From Octopus bimaculoides (lineage: Eukaryota): a DNA stretch of 63,856 nucleotides. The position numbers and the translations under genes are program-made. The stretch is from NCBI RefSeq assembly GCF_001194135.2, contig NC_068981.1:98436074-98499929 (forward strand), written 5' to 3'. Shown here piece after piece: positions 1 to 13,123 of this stretch. Each line of letters begins with the position of its first letter. The first letter of the stretch is position 1. Under the pieces are notes generated by a model that saw only the letters and a list, made by a program, of their open reading frames with translations, ran no database searches and was not told where the DNA came from.

Positions 1-605
1 ATTTTAATATGCCAGACCACTGGTTTTAATTGATTAATATCAATTTCTACCCTTATTAATAAATTATATATATATATATATATAAATATATATAGTTTTA
101 GGGAAAAGAACCGAGGTTCATGAACTCATTGATGAAAATCCACTGTCACATATAGAAAAATTAATAAGTAAAAGCACAATAAATAAGTATAATATAATAC
201 AAAGTAAATATCATAAGATAAAGATAATAAAACTACTACATATGTTTCATAACCAATTTTCAAATAGAAAGATAATTTAAATCGATTAAAACTATTAAAA
301 ATCAATTCTATTCAAAAATATAGCTAATCTTCAAGTCAAAATACAACAATAATGATAATAAAAGAATGTATATATCAACAAACAATAAATAACAAATGAA
401 TGTAGATAAAATACTTATTATATTAAGATAGAAAAATATTATTAAAAGTATCAAAATTATAAACATTCCATAACCAACCCTACGTCCATTATAATATAAG
501 CTAACAAGAATATTATATGCAAAAACCAACTTAACGAATTTTTCGTTTAAAATACAATTTGAACGAAGTTTTAGGTTAAAATAATAAAGGTAGAATATAT
601 ATATG

Positions 606-820
606 ATGGGGTACTGAAAAGTTCCTGGCTTTGGGTAAAAGAAAATACAAGGCGATAAGTTAATTATGATTTTATTCAACATATTCCCCTCTCAGATTCA
701 CACACTTATTGCAGCAGTCCTTCAGTTTTACTAAACCCTGTTAAAGCATTTGGAAGGTTGGTCCACCAGCCAAGCCTTTCACAATACCCTTAAAGCCAGG
801 AACATTTCAGCACAACCTTG
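606..820. mobile_element. Mariner-type MITE (about 215 bp)
   Basis: Inverted ends ggggtactgaaaagttcctggcttt / aaagccaggaacatttcagcacaacc; a second copy in opposite orientation at 45063-45290. Confidence 0.7.
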
Positions 821-1099
821 TAGTTTACTCTCAGATTACTGGGACATCGTGATTGTTATTATTTTTCCTTAAGTCAATCATCTCAAGCTGACAAAATTCT
901 TAACTGCTAAATTGTGTAAAGTGTATTATGTTGCTAAGCATCAACACACATAAGGTGTGTGGCGATCGTGTTTATTTAGGAGTGAAAGTTGATAAAGAAA
1001 TACATAGTGATCCATTTATAGTAAAATAGTGCAACATGTTGCAAAATGAAAACAAAGGCTCAATGTGAAAATAAACAAGCATCATGCTCAGTACAAAAG

Positions 1100-1420
1100 C
1101 ACACAGAGTTATATTGAAGAATATGATTTGTTCTTTTCAGTAGCAGCTGATACTTCAGACAAAGAGCAACACAAGTTTTTCCCTATGTATCTGGAATACA
1201 ATACTTTGGGCAAAGAGAGTGCAACATTTGTTACTTGACTTTTACAGCAACAACAATGAATTTTATCAGAGAATATAACAAATATTCTGCTAACTAAAAC
1301 TAGAGCCAAGAAGTCTGGATGAATCTGAAAATGCATTGTCTCCATATACTAATGTCAATGCAAATGTAAACTGTGGGGAACTCAACTGTATTCATCAAAA
1401 CCTGAAAATTGCTCAAAAGA
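1100..1420 (+). mobile_element. Decayed hAT-like transposase fragment
   Basis: FSVAADTSDKEQHKFFPMY (first catalytic Asp strand) and, after a frameshift, SPYTNVNANVNCGELNCIHQNL (resembles xADNAxVNxG). Confidence 0.45.
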
Positions 1421-1749
1421 ATCCATCATCATCATCGTCACTGCTGCCATTGCCGCCACCACCGCCACCACTGCCGCCACCACCATCGCCACCACTGCCG
1501 CCACCGCCACCACCACCACCACCACCACCATCATCATCATCATTTTAAGGATGCTTTCCATGATGGCATGGATTGACTGGTTTGACAGGATCCTGTTCCA
1601 GCATCTCAGTTTTGGTATGGCTTCTAAGGCTGTATATTCTAACATCAACCACTTTGCAGAATGTATTGGGTACATTTTTGTAACACCAGTCATCTTGCTT
1701 TGGGCAAGGCTGAACTCCTTTTGATTCTGAATTATCTCTGCGTTATCTT

Positions 1750-2030
1750 GATTCTATATATGAAGCCAAAACTCATCCTGGCTTAGGAAAGTTCAAGGAA
1801 AGCAGCTGGATCTGCCTCAAACAATTTCAGATTTTTCCATGATGTGATCAGCCTTGTGCACTTTTGACTGGGTGTTACAAGATGTGGAACCCAACAAGCA
1901 AAAACCTCCATCATGCCAAGTTCATTGTGCTGAATATTTTCAACTCTCTCACAGAATATGCTAATAGCATGGACTATTTGATTTATAGTCAATTGCCTGT
2001 CATCCATCACCATGTGGGAACACTATCAAT
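1750..2030 (-). mobile_element. Mariner transposase fragment
   Basis: ORF 1783-2013: MDDRQLTINQIV...CWVPHLVTPSQK..., with a WVPHxL motif. Confidence 0.8.
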
Positions 2031-3499
2031 GTTTTGGCTGATTTTCATGAGTATGATGAATCATCATCATCATCATCATCATCATCGTTTAACGTCCGCT
2101 TTCCANNNNNNNNNNNNNNNNNNNNNNNNNNNNNNNNNNNNNNNNNNNNNNNNNNNNNNNNNNNNNNNNNNNNNNNNNNNNNNNNNNNNNNNNNNNNNNN
2201 NNNNNATGCTAGCATGGAAAGCAGACGTTAAACGGTGATGATGATGATGATGATACATACATATAGGAAACTCTGCTTAACTCCACTTAACCAAGATTTG
2301 AAACCTGCACACTTGTTGTTTCTTAGATGAATGTTCGATCCTTTGTGTTTCATCTCTATGTTGGGAAATTAATGAAAAACGCCTGACTTCCAAGGGCTTT
2401 CGGTGATCAGAGAAAGGTCAATCCATTGTTTTAGATTTTACCTACTTCCTGACCAAACCTTATATAAGTGAGAGCATCTCTCTCTCACCCTCTTCAGGTT
2501 TTGAATTGGCTAAGCAAGAGCACATCTCTTTCTTCATTTCAGCCATCAAACGAGGAACACAGCATCAGCCAAATGAAAAGGGACAATGCATTTCTTACTC
2601 TTTCTTCACCTCTGTTATTTCAAAAAACTCCATAAAGATGAAAAGTAAAGCTGATCTCAGTGTAATTTGAACTCAGATTCTGCCAGCTTGCTGCCTTAAT
2701 AATGATAACAATAATTCTTTTTATTACAGACTTAAGCCTGAAATTTTGAGGAGAAGAGGCCTAGTCAATTACATTGACTCCAGTGCTTGACAGGTACTTA
2801 TTTTATCAACCCCAAAAGAATGAAAGACAAAGTAAACCATGACAGAATTTGAACCCAGATCATAAAGACAGATAAAATGCTACTAAGCCTTTTATCCATC
2901 ATGCTAACAATTCTATAAGCTTGTTGCCTCGTTGGTTTCAAATTTTGGCACAAGGCCAGCAATTTCAGGGGAGAGAATAAGTTAAATACATTAACCTCAT
3001 TCATCAACTGGTATTTATTTTATTATCCCCAAAATGAATGAAAGACAAAGTCAACTTCAGCAACATTTGAACTCATGACATAAAACTGGAAGAAATGTCA
3101 TTAAGCATTTTGTCAAGCATGCTAATACTTCTGCCAAATCACTGCCAAGTCAACCTTTGAAGGGTTTGAATTCAAATCATAAAGAGTCAAGCTAAATACC
3201 ATATGTGCGTGTGCACACACATACACACACACACGCATGCACACACATGCACACACACATGACAGGTTTCTTGCAGTTTCCATCTATCAAATCCACTCAC
3301 AAGGCTTTAGTCAGTGAGAGCCTATAGTAGAAGACACTTGCCCAAGGTGTCACACAATAAGACTGAACCTGGAACTATGTGGCTGGGAATCAAGCTTCTT
3401 ATCACTCAGCCATGTTGGCAAATAATGTTAATATAAAAATAGTTAATAAAATAAATTTTCAAAAGACAGGAAAAATTAAAATCAGCATTATTCTGATAC

Positions 3500-3655
3500 C
3501 TTTTAGATTAAAAGCTTTGTCAATGGTGAATTTTAGGCCAATATCTGACTGGTATGACACACACTGGTTAAGATTCAGAACTGGGAATGGTTGAATAGAA
3601 TGGTCAGTATCCAACTTCTTCTTACACCATTCCATCATTTCAAATTCTGTCTGAT
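3500..3655 (-). CDS. Exon 21 (last found), start of probable C2-like domain 3: (D)[51 protein letters not shown]
   Basis: Acceptor ttttcctttaatAG, donor AAG|GTATCA, 156 bp, phase 1-1; no downstream exon found in 1-3499. Confidence 0.88.
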
Positions 3656-3731
3656 CTATTAAAGGAAAATTAAAGATTGATATTTACACAGCGAAATTGA
3701 AGTTTACGCACACTCATAGACACACACACAG

Positions 3732-3781
<50 letters not shown>

Positions 3782-6700
3782 TTATCTTTTATTTTTTACT
3801 TGCTTCAGTCATTAGATTGTGGTCATGCTGGGGCATTGCCTTGAAGGGTTTAGTTGAATAAATTGACACTAATACTTATTTTTTTCTAAACCTGGTATGT
3901 ATTCTATCAGTCTCTTTTGCTGGACTGCTAAGTTGCAGTGACTTAAACAAACCAACACTGGTTGTCAGACAGTGGTAGGAGACAAAGACAAAGACACACA
4001 CACACACACACACGCACACACACACACACACGCGCACACACATACACACACACACACACACACACCAGGTTATTTTCAGTTTCCATCCACCAAATCCATC
4101 CACAAGGCTTTTGTTGGCTTGGGGCTATAGTAGAAGACACTTGCCCGTGGTGTCACATAGTGGAACTGAACCCAGAACTATGTGGTTGTTAAGCAAATCT
4201 TTTACCACACATCCACACTTGGCCTATATATGCCGAACAGCTTTTCTTTTAAACAAACATTAAAACAATACTATGTACTAGATTTGCCTTTTTTATTAAG
4301 TTTTTTAAATATTTATTTTCATATGAGTTTCTTAAAGTTTTTGTGGGGAACAGTAAAGTTTCCATATCTATCATTAATGTCTCTAGACTGCCATGGTTTT
4401 TGTCTTTTTGTTAGAGCATTTAGTGTTGGCAAATTTTGTTGCTACATCATCATCTGGCATTCAGATTACTCTGTCAGATGTAATGCTTATTTATTCACAT
4501 TATTTTGAACTAATCATGCATTATCTTGTAGCTTCGAGATTTTGCTGATGTGACAACTTATTTTGAAATGACATTGTTGGTTAGGTGCAAAAGATCAAAT
4601 CTAGTTGGTTTGAACATAAAACAGGTAGAATATTTGGGTCAGATATGGCCAGTTTTAATGCTAAAGAAAGGAAATAAGTAGAGCCATTAGGAATGGGGGT
4701 AGACATCATACTAAATTTTTGATTTCTGACTGTCAGCATTTTATTTAAAAAAACAGGGAATTTTTTTTTTTTATTAGAATATGTCACGTGTTCATTTTAG
4801 CATTGTGCTCTATTATTAGAACTGTTTCCATCTTTAATAGCCATTTTTTTTAAGGATTATTCTGGACAGTATTGATGTTTTGTTTACTACTGTAACAGAG
4901 AGCTACAGTAGTAAACACAGGGAAAATCTCTGTTAGCAACTAAACATGGGGGCTAGTTTTTTTATATACCAAGTATATTCAGGTGCTGTGAAGTGTCTTC
5001 TACAATCATCCTTGACTGAATATGCAGCTGTGAGAACAACTATTAGGTGAGTGTAACACAACTCACCAACCCAAATCACTTCGAATTGGTGAGAGTGGAT
5101 AACATCATGGTGGTTCAGATGTCTTGACACTCTGTGAAATTGGTGGATAATTTAACTGTATTTGTAGGCCCCACTCATGGTAAGTTCTAATTGGACCACC
5201 AAACTATCATGTGAACAATGATCGTTCATTGGATAAAATTTTAGTCGCACACATGTTCGAGCTATGATTGAATCGTGACTTGACATTTGTATATGGCAAA
5301 ACACAGGATAAAATCCAATGCTCTACAACTATTTTGCTGTCAAATTGTTTTCATGTTGTGACATGCAGTGTATTGTGGTTGCTCCATGTTAAGTGCAGTG
5401 ATCTAACAAGAAAATGTCATCAAGTTTACAATTTTCATGTTTCCAATCAAATTTATAGTTACATTGATCATTAGCAGCTTGATTGTATACTTACAGGTAT
5501 TTTAAAAAATTTTAATGCATTTTTATAGTATATTATTCTAGTTGTTATTATGATTGGATGTAATGTATTTTGAGTTACTTTTTAGAAGTTTTTCCATGTG
5601 TCCATCTATTCTACATTTAGTACACATTTGATTCATGTAGTAGACATTATATGTGATTAGAAAATTTTTAATAAATGCAGTAACTAGTATATTTACTGCA
5701 TTGTATTTGTGTTTGTATTGTTCTCAGACGTGGTCTATTAGTTTGCTAAAATAAATCCATTATTGTTTTGTGTCTGTATAACTGTGTAGGTTTCTTTATT
5801 TGGTGCATTGTTTGTGGATGAGAATTCAAACACTCTTCTGAGAAGCCATTTTACCACAAATATTTCATATCTGTGTGAACTTTCACTGCATTCATATAAG
5901 TACAGTCATGAAATATCTGTTATATTTTATCTGAATGTTTGGTTCTTGAAATGGAGTCATTGTATCGCTGTGAGTTTCATGTAAAATGTTTTGGTTACTG
6001 AACTGTTTTTTAGGTCTTCCTTTAAAGTCTAAACATTTTGCAGTGTGTCTATTACAAATATATAGTCCACATTCCTAGTGTGTATTACATTTTTCATGCC
6101 TTGTTATCACTTTATTTTCTATTCAGGCCACATAAAATGCTGCAAATATCGACCCTGATGGAGAATCCATGATCATTCTTTTCTTTACTTTAATAACTTA
6201 CCTTGTAGACAGTGGATGGATTCTTCAGTTGCACAAGATACAAATATTTTTTTTAGTATGTCATCTGGTATAGTGGATGATATTATTTCTTGGGTGTTTA
6301 TATATATTATTTAATATGGCTTCTATAGTTTTTGTCACTAGAACGTTAATAAACAGACATTGACAATTTGGTTAGTTTCTTCAAAGATATGTTGAGGCTC
6401 TTCAGATGAATTTAGTGGTATCTTTTAAGTATAATCCTGATACAGCATATGCTTATATAAGCAGCAAATTATTTAAGCAAAAAGATGAGGTAGCTATGAG
6501 CTGTCCATCAAGGTCTATGTTTGTAGCATTCTACATAATCACAATAAAAAAATACAGCTATGACTGTATAATATACACCAGGTATGTGGATGATAAATTC
6601 TTGCCTTAATGGGCTACTACCAACATAAAATATAAACACCAATTCAATACTGTAATCACCAGAACTCCATTATACCAACAATCTGCAGTATATCATTGAT

Positions 6701-7979
6701 ATTTCCAAATAGACATTAGTGAATATATTAACTGCTTATCATGATAGAGATGAGAGTCACTTTTTACCTGTTTGGATTCCATCAAAGAGCTGTAACCTGC
6801 AGATGAGAGTCTTAAGTGGCTCTGATAACTTAGAATGCTTCTGGAAACTTTCAAATATTCTTTCTTCTGAGATGGTTGGTTTACACTGGATAGAATGATA
6901 GTAGTTTGAAGTATAGGGTGGAGCAGGCTGTACATCCTGTAAGGTAACAGAGATTGGGAAAACTATTAGTAATGGATCAGAGGAATGCTTTAATCAAGAC
7001 CTAGAAATATAGATAAATAACAGTGAGACAAGAACTTGTAAGAGAGGATGGGAGAGATAATGAGAGAAGATGTGATAAACAGTGTGGTCTCTAGGTATTC
7101 AACTGACTATCTATATGTTATAGGTCTATTGAAGCATAATGGACCTATGAACGTTTCAAACATCTTACAACAAAATGCATATCATTTGAAAAGTTTAATA
7201 ACACCTGAAAACTTCATTTTCATATAGTTGGGAAAAATCAACTCAACAGAGATCATGCTTTTCAATGTAATACTCAACAGAAGACTTGGCCTCAACACAG
7301 TAAGCTAATGAAGTACTTGTCAATTCTTTGATACTGCTGCTGTTGTTTGAAGTGTAAACATAAGTACTTGTAGTACTTCCATTTAGCAGGTTGACTGAGA
7401 CATTTAAATAAAGTATCTTGGCCAACAGGGATCATGCAATACTAGTCACCAAATATGAATATCTATCCTCTTTATTAGTTGTTCAGTATACTCTACAGTT
7501 GATCATGCATATTCTTATATCCAAATATTACATATTTCAGTTGCTACATCAGAGTGTAATGCCCTTTCTTGACATGAGTTCCAGGTTCAGTTGGCTCTGT
7601 CTGACAGCACCTGGTGTGGTAATGGGTCCCCAGGTTTATGAATTCCCCAAAATAGGTAAATAACCTTATTGCCTTGTGAAACAAAGGCTAAGTAGTGAAC
7701 CTTATAATAAATCCAGAGTGGAGTTGTTAAGCCAGAATAGTGTTAGATTTGGCACAATCCTGCCAGTTCTTGCAGCCAAACTGACACCAGTTTACACTAT
7801 TTACATTATTTACATTTGACGGATATTTGTCCTCATTTTGTTTGTTGTTAACACGTTTTGGCTGATATACCCTCCATCAGGTGTCTTAGGGAAATTTTGA
7901 ACCTGGGTTCTCATTCCTAAGGCATTTTTCGATGTTGTTGTTGTTGTTGTTATTATTATTGTTATTGTTATTGTTGTTG

Positions 7980-8015
<36 letters not shown>

Positions 8016-9876
8016 TCACTGCTTGGAATCAAACTCAGATTCTTGGGGTTAGTAGCCTGCACTCTTAACCACAACGCCATATGCCCACGGGCAATTATGG
8101 AGTGAATTTTAGAACTTATAAATCTAATATTTTCCTATCCTTCCTTAATACCGGTTCCCATATGCTATTCATATCTGCACTCGGTTTCTTTTAGTTTTAG
8201 TATTTTCCAGTGGTGTTCTCTGTCTATTATTTTAACTTCATCCTACAGGGGGAGGTGATCTCCATTTTTCCATACATGTTCAACTATACCCGATTTATCA
8301 ATATCTGCAATGTTCTTCTACTCTTATTTTGAGGGGGCAACATGTTTTGCCTTTGTATAACTAAAAAAAAACTGTTCTATTCTACACTCCTTTGGATCAC
8401 ACCAGATAGACTGAGAGGATATTCTAGATTCTGAGTAGACCAAGATCTCTATATACCTAACCCTGGCTTGTACTCTGAATTGGTCAAGTTCTGACTGACC
8501 AGTGATGCAAACTTCAGTATCTCTTGAGACAGTTGGACTCCAGAAATAGACCATATTTCAATGGAACAGAATAATGTCAGTCAACAGTTCTAGTCAGTGT
8601 CTTGTGGAGCTATTAGTGATAATAAGACAGAAGTTAGTGTATTACTATTCCGGCATGAAGAGATACAACGGTATCTGATGACCAGTAACTATTGTGGCTA
8701 CTAACATAAAACAGCAACTACAGTACAATGGCAGTCACACATCACACCAGTGAGAGGAACCCACTTTACAACAGGGACAAACACAGACACAAATATACGC
8801 ACACATACAACAGGCTTCTTTCAGTTTCCACTTACCAAATCCACTCATAAGGCTTTGATCAGCTTTATAGAAGACACTTGCCTAAGGAGCCATGCAGTGA
8901 GACTGAATCCAGAACCATGCAGTTGTGAAACAAGCTTCTTACCATGCAGCTATGCCTGTATCTTCCTTGGCCTACACAGGCCTAATCTATCTCCACAATA
9001 GATCATAGACTTTCTTTTAAGTTAACACTACCTACTGCACTTCCTTTCACAATACTTTCCTACCCAGTATTTTTCATATGCTGTTATTGTTGTTGTTGTT
9101 ATTGTTTAACCCTAGGTTGACACTAGTCAAGCAGACCTATGATCAAAGTATCTCATCATTTTATATTGGGTTGTCAAATTCATTGCTTTTTTTTCCATTT
9201 ATTTTAATTCTTATTTTTCATTAATAATTTTAACAAATCAGTGATTACTATCAACAAAGCATTGTCAAACTAGTGGAATGTCAGTAAAAAGTTATAAACA
9301 TTAAAGGAGAATATATTATTAACTGATTTGTTAAAACTGTTGATGAAAAATAAGGATTAAAATAAATGGAAAAAAAAAAGCAAATTTATCTAGCAATATC
9401 AACAACCACAGTATTCAATGTAACCTTTTTTATATTTAGGATGACAGTGTGTGATTTAAGGAAGATTCAACTATTATTTCTAGCAAGTCAAGTGCCTCTA
9501 GGATCACTACTTTCTTGGTTGATTCAGCTACTGATTTACACCTACCTGCACTAAAGGTAAAATCCGAATTAAAAGTGACACCACAGGAACAATTGGTAGA
9601 TTGTCTAAGCTGGAAGACTTGATATTTTTAGACATGTCCAAAGACCCACTTCTTAACTTCAGCTGATAACCTCCAGAGCAGAATTTTACCTGTTTACAAA
9701 CAAAAACACAGTCAAAATGATACACCTAAGTTATATATCTAAATTATTTTTACAATAATTAAATTAGTGTTGATATATTTAATAAACAGAACATTAAAAG
9801 TTAACTAGAAATAAACAATATTACTGAATATCATTTTTATTTTCTCTGCAACTATGTTTGTTTGCTTTCTGAGTAT

Positions 9877-9956
<80 letters not shown>

Positions 9957-11149
9957 ACACACATGTATGCATGCATGTATGTATGTGTGTGCATGTTTGT
10001 AATTATGTATGTTATCAATCAGTTTCATTTCTGTATTTCTTGTCCATGTGGTGGTGGTGGTTTTGGAGGTGTTGGTGGTGGTGGAATTTATGTTGATGTT
10101 AGTTTCATTGTTGTTCACAATGATGATGATGGTGATGTAAGATGAAAGAGCAATTAAAACAACAAATTAACTCAAGAAATTAACTACATACATCATTATT
10201 ATCATTGTAAGATTCATAAAGACACATTAATGCATTGCCTAGTGTACACAGCTGGGTGGAGTTCATGTCAATAGTATACACAGTGAACAATATAAAGGTA
10301 TCTTTGGGTAAGTTATCCTTCATCTTTTGCATTATGAAACGATCTTCAGGGACAAACATGGGACAACACCATTTGCTGTCAATGGACGGGAACGTTGGCA
10401 GCAGTTTTGTTGTTAAGGGCTTTGATGGCTGAACTAGATAAGAAACAACCTGAAAGTAGAAATGTAGACATGAGTTACAAGACATATCCTTGTTACAAAA
10501 TATATTTCAGTATTAAATTTTTTGTCTGAGTTCCATCTACTTATCCAGCTTCTCCACCCACTATTCCTGGGGTTGAATCATAGAGGTAGGGTCCTCAGGC
10601 ACCTCCTCCATAGGATCTAATCAGAAGCAAATATCATTAGAGTTTCTGGCTGAATTCACAAGCATGACCAACGGATATCATACAACTATCTCATTCTTAG
10701 TCTATCCCTTGGTATGACAGACTCTCCCATCGAAGACGACGTATGAATGTTCAGCTTTTGCTGGACAATGTATACAAATGATTTGTTTATAGTGATCAAA
10801 TGTCCATGCTGCACATTAGCTCACTCTCTCCATCAAATCAACATTGTCTGAACAGGTACAAGATGTATGACATGTCAGGTGTTGAAGTGATCACAAAGCA
10901 ACATGAGATGAAGTGTTTTGCTCATGAACACAACATACCACATGGTCTAGGAATTGAAATCAGGATCTCATGATCGTGAGTGCAACACTCTAACCACTAA
11001 ACTATGTGCTCTCACTTGGTATGTATGTATTTTTATTAATATTTAGCAGAAGCAACAGAGTAACTCAAAGGCTGAGAGTTTCATACATTGGCACTTATCA
11101 AATGTATATGTTTATGTATATCTATACACACAACCACACACACACATAC

Positions 11150-11184
<35 letters not shown>

Positions 11185-13092
11185 NNNNNNNNNNNNNNNN
11201 NNNNNNNNNNNNNNNNNNNNNNNNNNNNNNNNNNNNNNNNNNNNNNNNNNNNNNNNNNNNNNNNNNNNNNNNNNNNNNNNNNNNNNNNNNNNNNNNNNNN
11301 NNNNNNNNNNNNNNNNNNNNNNNNNNNNNNNNNNNNNNNNNNNNNNNNNNNNCAACATACTGAAAATTTAGAAATAGCAGTCAAAGAACTACTGATTCTA
11401 AACTACAAATTTGTAGTTTAGAATCAGTAGTTCTTTGACTGCTATTTCTAAATTTTCAGTATGTTGGAGAAGCAACTCAATTGCTAATCCCTGTATATTT
11501 ATGATTATATATATATATATATATATAATCAAAATAAGCAACAGGATATCAAGTAGTAATGCAGTACAACCATTTCAAGTGGCTCCATTTAATTGAACAA
11601 TGCAATCCTTACATCAATTCAAATACAGCTCTATCTTTAGCTGCACAAAAAAAATATATGGAACTTCAACAGGTAGGATACATTAATATAATTTTTCTTA
11701 AATATTTTAACACAGCAAGAAATTCATGTTGTCACTATTCTTGCTACATGTTAAAATATTTAAGAAAAATTATATAATGTATCCTACCTGTTGAAGTTCC
11801 ATATATTTTTTTTTTGTGCAGCTGAAGATAGCACTGTATTTAAATTGATGTAATGATTGCATTGTTCAATTAAATGGAGCTGCTTGAAATGGTCGTACTG
11901 CATTACTACTTGATATCCTGTTGCCTATTTTGATTTTATTCACCTTACTTCGAGCTGTGTGCATAATACCAGAATGACTTGGTGATTCAACTTAAGTACC
12001 TAATTCAACTGAATCTTAATTACTTCTTATATATATATATATAAGTTTGTAATAAAAATCTCTTCACATAACTTGAATCTACATCACTGTAACTGTAAGG
12101 TCCAATTTTCAGTTCTAATCTAATCATTTCACTTCAAGTCTCCCTTTGTCTCCCTCTGCCTGGAATACTTTCTGCCATCAAACCATTTAACATCTGTTTT
12201 CCATGCTAGCAGGGATTGAATGATTCAACAGAAGCCAGCAAGCCAAAGGAGAGTGCTGAGCTCCGAAGTCTACCTTTCTGTTTGATATGGTTTCTATGGT
12301 TGTATGCGCTTCCTAATACCAATCACTTTACAGAATATATTGGGTGTTTTTTACATGGCACTAACACTAGTGAGGTCACCAAGTAACTCACAAAACAATA
12401 TCCTCCAACTGAGGGTGTTGTAGCATTGGGAAAGGTGGCTTTATATGTTAAATGTTGAGAGGTTAAAGTATGATAAAGTGTCTGAAACAGGTGTCTTACT
12501 ATTGAGGAGACGCATGGCTACTCCAGTTGGAAAAGTGGGAAGATGAGGTGAAGGTGCATCAGGGTGCACCCTAAAGTTACAGGGAGATAGTAATAGATAC
12601 AGTGCAATACTTATATATACATATATAATAATAAACATATATTAAAATGAACAGAATCCAATATTCATATATATAAAGGTAGTGAGCTGGCAGAATCGTT
12701 AGCATGTTGGGTGAAATGTTTAGCAGTATTTCGTCTGTCTGTAGGTTATGCATTCAAATTCTGCCAAGGTTGACTTTGCCTTTCATCCTTTTGAGGTCAA
12801 TAAAATAAGTATCAGTTTATCACTGGGGTTGATGTAATCAACTTGCCTCCTCTCCAGAACTTGTAAGCCTGGAAAGCAGATGCTCAATGATGATGATGAT
12901 TATGAATAAACAAATATAATTATAAACATAATCCAATATTTATGTATACATACAGTATTTATATATAATTTATATATAATTTACAGAGTTGTTAAAGTGT
13001 CAGAACTCAGAGGGCAGTATTTATTCTTGCCCTCTGTGTTCAAACACTCCTGAGGTTAACTTCACCTATCTCTCTCTCCCTCTCTCTCTCCC

Positions 13093-13123
<31 letters not shown>

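Noticed and set aside
100-682. ORF 308-682 (hydrophobic, 124 aa) and a faint plus-strand Penelope N-terminal resemblance (PTLRPL)
   Set aside because: AT-rich compositional ORF overlapping a MITE; the motif evidence is too thin.
6620-7750. Initially read as further Penelope RT (IHKPGDPL-like motif near 7630)
   Set aside because: 6768-6936 is a host exon; the remaining similarity is too weak to call.
8014-8085. Possible tRNA gene
   Set aside because: The stems are degenerate and it is followed by an (AAT)n tail in a retroelement context, so it is treated as a tRNA-derived repeat.
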